The notes below the pieces were generated by a model, which was not told the DNA's origin, did not search any database, and saw nothing but the letters and a program-made list of their open reading frames with translations. Below, piece by piece: positions 15,490 to 23,800 of a stretch of 63,136 nt of DNA; positions within the stretch are counted from its first letter, which is position 1, and every line of letters starts with the position of its first letter. The stretch is from Thermoleophilia bacterium (GTDB lineage Bacteria > Actinomycetota > Thermoleophilia > Gaiellales > Gaiellaceae), in assembly GCA_025929425.1 (NCBI GenBank), contig JAICME010000001.1:1-63136 (forward strand), read 5' to 3'. The translations under genes were made by a program, and so were the position numbers.

Positions 15490-15862
15490 TCCGCTCCTCG
15501 CCGAGGACCTTGGGCGCGTAGCTGAGGCTGGCTACGACACTGAATTGCTCCTTGCCGGCGACCAGGTCGGCGTCGTCGTGCGCGACGTGCCACTGCCAGA
15601 GGGCCGGTGGTCACAGGAGTCGACCGATGTAATGCTGATGACCACCGTCCTCTATCCGCAATCGGCGATGGACATGTTTTGGACGCCGCCTGATCTCCGC
15701 CTCGCTTCGGGCGACGAGCCGACGGCTTCAAACCTCGAGGTGCACTTCGAACGCCCGTGGCGCCGCTTCAGCTGGCATCGAAATTCCGAGTGGCGTCCGG
15801 GTCGCGACGACCTCCTTTCGCACTTTGAGTTCGCCCTGGCTCGTCTCAACGATGGCAGGTGA
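15467..15862 (+). CDS. E2/UBC-fold-like protein (Prok-E2_E-like), no cysteine
   Basis: The start is uncertain: TTG 15467 (23-nt overlap with the Ubl gene) or GTG 15374. The string VVVRDVPLPEGRW...DVMLMTTVLYPQSAMDMFWTPPDLRL is analogous to the E2 YP..PP segment. No HPN motif and no Cys anywhere in the 131 aa. Confidence 0.6.
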   Translation: MATAVSDNPLLAEDLGRVAEAGYDTELLLAGDQVGVVVRDVPLPEGRWSQESTDVMLMTTVLYPQSAMDMFWTPPDLRLASGDEPTASNLEVHFERPWRRFSWHRNSEWRPGRDDLLSHFEFALARLNDGR

Positions 15863-17178
15863 CTTACCTGGCAGTCAGCGAGCGTTCGGCTGAGGAGGTC
15901 TCTTCAAGGCTGCTTGCGGCCGCGCCGGCAGAGTCAGGTGTGTTCGTTCTCCTCAATCGGGTGGAGCGAGGCAGCGGCGCGCGGCTCGCTGTCGGATCTC
16001 CGATCTGGGACGTCGAGTTGGCACAGCAGAGAGCCGGACGAGTCGAACCAAGCGGACGGATGATCTCTGCTGCAGTGTCTGCGGCCAATCGCGAGGGCTG
16101 CGGTCTCGCCTTCATTCACACACACCCGGGTGATCGCCGCCCGCCTCATCTGTCCTCCCTTGACCACGAGACGACTATCCGACTCGGCGCCGCCTTCGAT
16201 GAACTTGTCGATGGCCCATTTGCAAGTCTGGTTGTTAGTCCCGGCGGCTGGGGAGGTGCGCTCTACGAACACGGATCCCTTCTCCCACTCGACGGCTTAG
16301 CGCTGGTTGGCCGGCGGCTTCGGCTATTCCGAGTGGGGAAGGCGCCTAAAGGAGTCGGCGATGAGACCGACAGTCGTCAGCGTCGGCTCCTCGGCGAGGA
16401 TGGAAATCGGCTTCTTCGCTCACTTCGAGTTGGGGTGGTAGGAGTCGGCGGGACCGGCTCGCCAATCGCGGAAATTCTGGCGCGGATTGGAGTAGCCGAA
16501 TTGCTGCTCATTGACCCCGACAAGCTCGAGCCGTCCAATGTGCGTCGGGTCTTCTCGGTAGGGCGAGCCGAAGGGCAAGGAGGCGAATCGAAGGTTGGCG
16601 CGGTAGCCCGCGGACTCGAGGGACTAGACCTCGGTACGCGAGTCACTGCTGTGGAGGCCGACGTCCGCGAACGCGAGATTCAGGGCCAGCTTCTTGAGTG
16701 CGACGTCGTCTACGGCGCGACTGACAACCACGCGAGCCGGTCGATGCTGACCGAGCTATCGGCCCGCGGTCACTTACCACTGATCGATGTCGGTGTTCGC
16801 GCGGGCGTACGAGAGACCGGCGAGCTCGACGCGCTCTATGTCGAGCGGCGACTGCAGATCCCTGATGGACCCTGCCTTTGGTGTTGGGGCGTCCTCGATG
16901 CTGAGCGCGTGCGGCTTGAGCTGATGCCAGCGTTCGAACGGGAGGCCCTTGCCGCAGAAGGCTACGTCGCCGGAATCGACGCGGCGCCCGAGCCAACCAT
17001 CGCCCCTTTGACGGTGACGGCCGCGGGACTCGCCACCACCACCCTCCTCGGCCTTCTCGGCGGAGGCTTGGAGGTGGGCCCGCTTCGGGCAGGCTTCGAG
17101 TCGCTAAGGGTCGAGTCGATCGCCTACGCAGACGAGCCCGATCCTGACTGCATCTGCCGACGCTGGCGCCCCGCGTAG
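15859..17178 (+). CDS. JAB/JAMM metallopeptidase domain fused to ThiF/MoeB-type E1 adenylyltransferase
   Basis: GTGA overlap with the E2-like gene. JAMM elements are AESGVFVLL, then FIHTHPGDRRPPHLSSLD (HxH...SxxD). E1 elements are VGVVGVGGTGSPIAEILARIGVAELLLIDPDKLEPSNVRRV and YGATDNHASRS. The Cys pairs CLWC and CIC look like a Zn site. Confidence 0.85.
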   Translation: MTYLAVSERSAEEVSSRLLAAAPAESGVFVLLNRVERGSGARLAVGSPIWDVELAQQRAGRVEPSGRMISAAVSAANREGCGLAFIHTHPGDRRPPHLSSLDHETTIRLGAAFDELVDGPFASLVVSPGGWGGALYEHGSLLPLDGLALVGRRLRLFRVGKAPKGVGDETDSRQRRLLGEDGNRLLRSLRVGVVGVGGTGSPIAEILARIGVAELLLIDPDKLEPSNVRRVFSVGRAEGQGGESKVGAVARGLEGLDLGTRVTAVEADVREREIQGQLLECDVVYGATDNHASRSMLTELSARGHLPLIDVGVRAGVRETGELDALYVERRLQIPDGPCLWCWGVLDAERVRLELMPAFEREALAAEGYVAGIDAAPEPTIAPLTVTAAGLATTTLLGLLGGGLEVGPLRAGFESLRVESIAYADEPDPDCICRRWRPA

Positions 17179-17449
17179 AGGCGATGACCTGTCGGCACCC
17201 CTTCCCGGTCCCAGGAGAACACCCGTGTGCGCCGAACCGGTGGTTTAGGCTTGGCCCGAACCTGCCGAAAACCGGAGTGACAGTGAACAAGCGGGCAGCA
17301 AGACGGAAGGCATTGGAGGAGGCGGCGGCCGCACGCAAGCACGTCGTGCAACACGGCCAGATCGGTTTTAACTACCGCCCCACTCCACCGAGCGGTCCCG
17401 CGCCGCACTCCGAGGACGCGGCAAACCGCCGCACGCCTCGTCGCCGCGG

Positions 17450-17890
17450 CTAGCGCGGGTCGTTTCGATTCGTCAGGGGTATGCCTTCGAGGCCCGAGCT
17501 GCGCACGCAAATCCGCGTCGAAGCATGCGGAGCGCGATCGATGTCGACGCGCAACATCATGTCGAGGTCACCGGCCACATGTGCCGAGAGCGCAAACGTG
17601 TCGACTCGCAGGGTCGGGAGACTGAAGTCATCGTCGTAGTCCGGGATGACGTGCGGGAAGAGTGCAATCGCGTGTTCTTGATCTTCCTCGGCGAGAGCCG
17701 CAATTACCTCGACCTCATGAACGCCACAGTCGACGTCGTCGTAGCGCACCTCGACGATACCGCCCGCCTCGATCAAATAGGGGTAGCTGTCGACGATGAA
17801 GATTCCGTCGTGTTTCCAGCCGATATCGATCTCGTTCGTCTGGAGGTCGACCTTCGGGACCTCTTTGGTGAGGAGAACGCTGGCGTCCAT
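17450..17890 (-). CDS. Hypothetical acidic protein
   Basis: 146 aa, rich in D/E, with no recognisable family. Convergent to the E1 gene. AT-richer codon usage, like the rest of the island. Confidence 0.5.
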   Translation of the reverse strand: MDASVLLTKEVPKVDLQTNEIDIGWKHDGIFIVDSYPYLIEAGGIVEVRYDDVDCGVHEVEVIAALAEEDQEHAIALFPHVIPDYDDDFSLPTLRVDTFALSAHVAGDLDMMLRVDIDRAPHASTRICVRSSGLEGIPLTNRNDPR

Positions 17891-18020
17891 CAGCAGTAAC
17901 CCCTACCTCTATCTCGCACGGCCTTTAGGCCGCTCTCGGGTGTCGGTGTGATCGCCGGCCGGTGGGCGCCGACAGGCGAGGTGCTTGTCGCTGTGATGGA
18001 TCGTAAAAGGTGAGGCGGAC

Positions 18021-18050
18021 GGAGCCGTCCGGCGCCCACCGGACGGCTCC
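18021..18050. other. Perfect 12-bp-stem hairpin / palindrome in the non-coding right arm of the island
   Basis: GGAGCCGTCCGG-CGCCCA-CCGGACGGCTCC. Confidence 0.85.
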
Positions 18051-18222
18051 CGAGATCGAGCCGCGACTAGCACTCCAGCAACCGGAGCTCTTCCATTGAA
18101 GCGAGTCGTTCGGACGGTGCGAGCCACTCAGGGGCCGCCGAACGCGCTCGACGCACGTCTGCGAAACCCGGGGCGGCACCGAGCAGCACTCAACCTGCTG
18201 CGCGTCGCGGAGCCTAAGACCC

Positions 18223-18241
18223 GAGGGAACACTGAGGGAAC
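18223..18241 (+). repeat. 19-bp motif GAGGGAACACTGAGGGAAC, right-arm copy
   Basis: Identical to 7333-7351. Lies 121 nt inside the island from the attR-like repeat. Confidence 0.85.
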
Positions 18242-18361
18242 ACCAACGCGGGCACGCGCGGGTAAGCGGGGTCACTCGTCTTCGGACAATTCCTTCTTCT
18301 TGCGCGGCTTTCGTGCCCGCGACTTCCCGGCCTTGCCCTCGGTTCCCTCCCCGGAACCTCG

Positions 18362-18403
18362 ATGGTAAGGAGGGGGTCGACGGTTCGAGTCCGTCAGAGG
18401 GCT
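18362..18403 (+). repeat. attR-like copy of the 42-bp direct repeat (partial tRNA-Thr 3' half, not a functional tRNA)
   Basis: Identical to 7230-7271. No acceptor 5' strand or D-arm lies upstream. Confidence 0.9.
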
Positions 18404-18475
18404 CTGCAGAATCCGCTGCGGCCGAGACTGAGCCTCAGGCGCTAGGCAGAGTGCTTCGACCTGGACGGCGCGTAC

Positions 18476-19051
18476 GTGCGCCGGGACACCCGAGCTGGGG
18501 ACGCCGGACTACCCTTCGCCAATGGCGGTGACGCCGTGACCGGCTGGGAGACATCGGAGCGCGTGCTCGAGTCAGGCGGTTTCGAGTCGCGCCAGCGGGT
18601 GCTCGTGGGGGAGCCCGTGGTCGAGGCGTCCGAGGCCGGCGCCTGCACGCTCGGCGTCACCTACTGGCAGGCGGTCGACCGCTTCACCCGCGGTTGCGTC
18701 CGCGCGAGCTGGACGGGCGGCGGAGGCAGGCTGAAGCTGCTCGGCGGTGCGACGCTGCTCACCTTCGGGCCGCCGGAGCTCTCGTTCGACGGCGGGCTGG
18801 TCAACTGCCGGCACACGATCCGGGGTGGACTGCTCGCGCTCCGAGCCGGCGGCTCCGTCACACTCGCACAGCGACCCGAGGGCCATCAACAGGAGCTGAG
18901 CGTCACGGTCGAGGGATACCTGCCGCGGCTCGCCGCCCGCACGGGCGCACCGGCCTGGACCGGGATGCTCTACGCGAAAGGGCAGAGCCCCTTCCATGCC
19001 GCAGTCAGCCGCCGCTACTTCGAGCTCCTACTGCGGAACCGTGATTCGTGA
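18476..19051 (+). CDS. Hypothetical protein, translationally coupled to the downstream NmrA/SDR-like gene
   Basis: 191 aa. GTGA overlap at 19048-19051. No confident family; the start could be internal. Confidence 0.5.
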   Translation: MRRDTRAGDAGLPFANGGDAVTGWETSERVLESGGFESRQRVLVGEPVVEASEAGACTLGVTYWQAVDRFTRGCVRASWTGGGGRLKLLGGATLLTFGPPELSFDGGLVNCRHTIRGGLLALRAGGSVTLAQRPEGHQQELSVTVEGYLPRLAARTGAPAWTGMLYAKGQSPFHAAVSRRYFELLLRNRDS

Positions 19052-19908
19052 ACGTCACCGTCTTCGGCGCAACCGGCATCGTCGGCCGGGCGCTCGTGCC
19101 CCTGCTGGCCGAGCACGAGCTGACCGCGGTCTCGCGCACCCCGCGTGACGAGCCCGGCACCCGCTACATGGTGGCCGACGCAGTGAGCGGCGACGGTGTC
19201 GCCGCGGCCCTGGACGGTGCGGACGTCGTCTACTACCTCGTCCACTCGCTCGGCGCGCGCGACTTCGAGGAGCAGGATCGCGCGGCAGCGGAGACGGTCG
19301 CGCACGAGGCCGCGAACGCAGGCGTGAAGCAGATCGTCTACCTCGGAGGGCTCGGCGCCGATGGCCCCGACGCGTCGCCGCACCTGCGCAGCCGCCGCGA
19401 GACCGGAGAGCGGCTCGCCTCCGCGGGCGTCCCGGTGACTACCCTGCGCGCGGCCATGATCGTCGGCAAGGGGAGCGCCGCCTTCGAGACGATCCTCGGC
19501 CTCGTCAAGCGGCTGCCCGTCATGGTGACGCCGAGCTGGGTCTCGACGCCGACGCAGCCGATCGCGCTCGACGATGTCGCCCGCTACCTGGCAGGCGTCT
19601 GCGGCAACGAGGCCACGTATGGCCAGGGCTACGACACGGGCGGGCCGGAGGTGATGACCTACCGGCAGATGATCGAGCGGATCGCTGCCCTGCTCGGCCG
19701 GAAACCGACGATCGTCGAAGTCCCGGTGCTGACGCCGTACCTCTCCTCGCTCTGGCTCAACCTGGTCACGCCGGTGAGCGCGTCGGTCGCGCGGCCGCTT
19801 GTCGAAGGACTGCGCAATCCGACTGTCGCACGCGAGGAACGGATCCGGAAACTGTTGCCCTTCGAGCTCACGCCGTTCGACGAGGCGGCGCGGCGGGCAC
19901 TCGCCTGA
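19048..19908 (+). CDS. NAD(P)H-binding NmrA/atypical SDR family protein
   Basis: MNVTVFGATGIVGRALVPLL Rossmann motif, 286 aa. Confidence 0.8.
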   Translation: MNVTVFGATGIVGRALVPLLAEHELTAVSRTPRDEPGTRYMVADAVSGDGVAAALDGADVVYYLVHSLGARDFEEQDRAAAETVAHEAANAGVKQIVYLGGLGADGPDASPHLRSRRETGERLASAGVPVTTLRAAMIVGKGSAAFETILGLVKRLPVMVTPSWVSTPTQPIALDDVARYLAGVCGNEATYGQGYDTGGPEVMTYRQMIERIAALLGRKPTIVEVPVLTPYLSSLWLNLVTPVSASVARPLVEGLRNPTVAREERIRKLLPFELTPFDEAARRALA

Positions 19909-20284
19909 GCGGCGCACCGCGTCGAGCGGAGGCTCCTGAGATCAGTGCTGCTCAACCGATTGCGGGCCGGATGTTCGCGTTGTGGCAGAAGACGTTGTCG
20001 GGGTCACGTTCCCATGCGTCACGCCAACGCCTCTCCAGCCGACGACCAGCCGAATCGTGCCGCGACGGCGAGTACGACAAGCGCCGCCGTGGCGAGAGAA
20101 CGGACACGGCGCAGCGTGCGCGGCGGCATGCGAGCGCTTGCAAGTTAGACCTCAGGCCACTCGTCCCGAGCCGAGCAAGACTCGGCGCCCCGGAAACGGA
20201 GTCGTCTAGACGCCGAGGGAGCCGGCGCCGGGTGTCAGAGGCGGCTGATGCCCACCGCCACGGTCACGGGGAAAGGAACACGCG

Positions 20285-20494
20285 TCATGCCGCTTTGTCT
20301 GGCTCGATCGGCTTCAGGATTCGGGCTGCCAGAGCCGGTGCGCAGCCGGCCTCGATCAGCTGGATCAGTTCGTGAAGGTCGTACCGCTCGTCTTGTGCCA
20401 CTCGAGCGGCGAGTGAACGCGGGATGCCGGCCCGCAGGAGTTGCGCTCGGCGCCACTGAACCACTGCTTGCAGATCTGGGCGCTTCGTCGGCAT
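20285..20494 (-). CDS. Small hypothetical protein (69 aa)
   Basis: MPTKRPDLQAVVQWRRAQLLRAGIPRSLAARVAQDERYDLHELIQLIEAGC, helical. Start taken at the internal ATG at 20494. Weak support. Confidence 0.35.
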   Translation of the reverse strand: MPTKRPDLQAVVQWRRAQLLRAGIPRSLAARVAQDERYDLHELIQLIEAGCAPALAARILKPIEPDKAA

Positions 20495-20807
20495 GGCGCG
20501 TTTCTGCCTCCGGTTGCTTTCGTTAGGTCGTTCTTCGCAAATCGCACGCAGCCGGATTGCACCCGTCCCGCTCGAGCAGAGTCGTGATGACGCGCCGCCC
20601 GCTACGTCGCGCACGCGACAACCGGCACGGCGCGAGCCTCGCGCGCCTTTCCTGGCCCTACGCAGTGGTGCATGATCACCGAGACCCCATGGAACTCTCG
20701 AGCAATCCCGGGAAGAGCAGGCAATTCGGCCCGGTGAAGCTGGCGGCGCCGGCCGTCAGCCGCGATCATCGCCGCCCGCGCGGGCAGGCACGCACCGGAG
20801 GTGCGCG

Positions 20808-23800
20808 GTGACCGCCGGCGAGCCTGTCGAGCGTGGAGGTTCGCTGGCCGACCTGATCGAGGCGCGCGATTGGTCGGAGACACCGGTCGGACCGATGGAG
20901 GGCTGGCCGCCGAGCCTGCGAACCGCGCTGAGCATCTGCCTCGAGTCGCGCTTCCCGATCCTGATCTGGTGGGGGGCCGAGTTCGTGATGCTCTACAACG
21001 ACGCGTACGCGCCGCTGATCGGCAGCAAGCATCCGAACGCGCTGGGTCAGCGCGGAGCGGACTGCTTCCCGGAGATCTGGGACATCATCGGCCCGATGCT
21101 CGCGGGCGTCCGCGAGCGGGGCGAGTCGACCTGGTCGGCCGACCGGCTGCTTCTCCTCGAGCGGCGCGGCTTCCCCGAGGAGTGCTATTTCACGTTCTCC
21201 TACAGCCCGATCAGGGACGAGTCGGGCGCGATCGCAGGCGTGTTCACGGCGGTTGCGGAGACGACGAGCCACGTGATCGGCGCGAGGCGGCTGCGGATCC
21301 TGCGCGAGCTGACGGCGGCAACGGGAGAGGCGCGGACGCCACTCGACGTCTGCACGCGCGCGGCAGACGTGCTGCGCGGCAGCGAGTCCGTCGCATTCTC
21401 CCTCGCGTACCTGTTCGATCCGGACGGCTCGGTCGCCCGGCTCGCCGCGACGTCTGACGTGAAGAAGCGGGCGAGCGTCGCGCCGCGGCTCGTTCCGGTG
21501 ACAGACGATGGCTCGCAGCCCTGGCCGCTCGCTTCTGTGGCCTCGGGGGGCCCGTCCCTGTTGCTCGACGACGTCGCCGAACGCGTCGGCGGCGGTGCGG
21601 CCGCTGACGAGCTCGCCCGCCGCGCGATGGTGCTGCCGCTCCAACGAGGCTCGACCGCTCCCGTCGGTGCACTCGTCCTCGGTCTGAACGAGCGCCGGCC
21701 GGTCGACGACGAGTACCTCTCCTTCCTCAATCTGGTGGCACGGCAGGTGGGCACGGCCATCGCAGACGCCGAGCGAGCAGAGGCCGAGCGGAAGCGCAGC
21801 GAAGCACTCGCAGAGCTCGACCGGGCGAAGACGCTCTTCTTCACCAACGTCAGCCATGAGCTGCGGACGCCGCTGACGCTGATCCTCTCACCGCTGGAAG
21901 AACTGCTCGCCACGGCGGAGCAACCGGTCGAGCCGCGGGTCGAGCTCGAGCTCATCCGCAGGAACGCCCTGCGGTTGCTGCGGCTCGTGAACACACTGCT
22001 GGACTTCTCGCGTGCAGAGTCCGGTCGGATCGACGCGCTCTTCCAGCCGACCGACCTCGCGGCGGTCACGGCCGACCTCGCGAGCGCCTTCCGCTCGGCG
22101 GTCGAGGCGGCTCGGTTAGGTCTCGTCGTCGATTGCGCGCCGCTCGACGAGCCGATCTGGGTCGACCGCGAGGCATGGGAGAAGATCGTGCTCAACCTCC
22201 TCTCGAACGCGCTCAAGTTCACCTTCGCAGGCGAGATCGCCGTCTCGCTGCACCTCGAGAAGGACGACGTCGTGTTGCGCGTGCGCGACACCGGCGTCGG
22301 AGTGCCGGCGGAGGAGTTGCCGCGTCTGTTCGAGCGTTTCCATCGGATCAAGGACGCAGCGGCACGAAGCCACGAAGGGAGCGGCATCGGGCTTGCGCTC
22401 GTCGACGAGCTCACGCGGCTGCACGGCGGCAACGCAGTCGTGGAGAGCGAGGTCGGGACCGGCTCAACCTTCACGGTGCGGCTCCCGCGCGGGAGCGCAC
22501 ACCTCCCGGCCGACAAACTCGGCGGACCCGAGGGCACGGCCGCACGCAGCCTCGGAGCCGCCCCCTACGTCGAGGAGGCGTTGCGCTGGCTGCCGGGCGA
22601 GACGCGACCGGAGCAAGCAGGCGCCGCCGAGCTCCTTCGGGACGACCTCGTACGCGAGTCCAGTACGCCGCGAACCGCGAACGCTCGCGTCCTGATCGCC
22701 GACGACAACGCCGATATGCGCGCCTACCTTGCTCGGCTCCTGCGCCGCTACTGGCAGGTCGAAACCGTTGCCGACGGCGAGGCTGCGCTCGCGCGCGCAC
22801 GACAGTCGCCTCCCGACCTCGTGCTCAGCGACGTGATGATGCCGCGGCTCGACGGCTTCGGGTTGCTCCGCGAGCTCCGCGCCGACGCGCGCACGAGCAA
22901 CGTCCCGGTTGTGCTCGTCTCGGCACGCGCTGGGACCGAAAGCGCGATCGAGGGACTCGAAGCAGGCGCCGACGACTACCTGGTCAAACCCTTCTCCGCA
23001 CGCGAACTGGTCGCGCGAGTACGTGCGAACCTCGAGCTCGCACGGCTGCGCGTCGAAGCCGCTCAGCTCGAGGCGACCGCCGCCGAGCGCGCTCGCGCCG
23101 AGCGCGTGCTGCTGACGCTTCCGGAAGGCGTCTTCACCGTCGACTCCGCAGGCACCATCGACCTCTGGAACCCGGCCGCCGCGCGGATCACCGGCCTCGC
23201 CGGAGAGACCGTCGTCGGCAGTCCGGTCGAGCAAGCCCTGCCGGGGTGGCACGGGCTCGCACCGCGTCTCGCTCTGCGCCGCGGAAAACCGACGACCTAC
23301 CCGTTCGAGCTTGCCGCCGGCGAGGTCTGGCTGTCGCTGGTCGCGAGCCCCTACGCCGACGGAACGCTGTACGCGTTCCGCGACGCGACCGAGGCCGCTC
23401 GACTCGAGCAGATGCGCCGAGACGTGATCACGACCGTCTCGCACGAGTTGCGAACGCCGGTCACCTCGATCTACGGCGCCGTCGCGACGCTCGCCCGCGA
23501 CGACACCCCCCTCACCGAGAGCACTCGCGGGGAACTGATCGAGATGCTCCACGCCGAGACCGAGCGACTCTCCCGCATCGTCAACGACCTGCTCACCGCC
23601 AACTCGCTCGCCGACGACGATTCACGTCAACCGGCCGGCGACTGCGACCTCACGGCGCTCGTGGAGCGCGTACTCGGACGCGCACGGGAGCGCTGCCCCG
23701 ACAACCTGCAACTGCGCAAGCAGCTACCGGAGCGGACCGATCCGGCCGGCGTCGACGAGGAGCGCCTCGAGCAGATCCTCGACGCCCTTCTCGACAACGC

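Larger units (their letters stand above)
7230..18403. mobile_element. Putative tRNA-Thr-integrated genomic island (about 11.1 kb), no integrase detected, probably immobilised
   Basis: An intact tRNA at the left end and a 42-bp duplicate of its 3' half at the right end. Cargo consists of orphan/defence-like genes. G+C is lower: hand counts give 28/60 at 13741-13800 and 31/60 at 15241-15300, against 43/60 at 22081-22140. Confidence 0.7.

Noticed and set aside
17184-17453. A small basic ORF between the E1 gene and the 146-aa ORF. A possible 57-aa product starts at GTG 17283 after GGAG: VNKRAARRKALEEAAAARKHVVQHGQIGFNY...
   Set aside because: I recognise no family, it is half low-complexity, and it overlaps the convergent gene end. 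It might still be a real small protein, but the sequence alone does not support calling it.
17985-18065. The minus-strand peptide SRGSISGAVRWAPDGSVRLTFYDPSQRQ resembles the N-terminal arm-binding segment of actinophage/ICE tyrosine integrases (…GSI..R..DG.w...yyDp.G…), in the position next to attR where an integrase remnant would be expected.
   Set aside because: The stretch has no usable start codon. It ends after about 45 residues with nothing integrase-like downstream. Its core (VRWAPDGS) is encoded by the perfect 12-bp palindrome at 18021-18050, so the resemblance can arise from the hairpin sequence itself. A tblastn against integrase N-termini would settle it.
18341-18403. The possibility that 18341-18403 is a second, complete tRNA gene rather than an att scar.
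   Set aside because: Only the anticodon-loop-to-3'-end portion matches tRNA-Thr. Upstream there is no acceptor 5' strand or D-arm, only a GGTTCC/GGAACC mini-hairpin.
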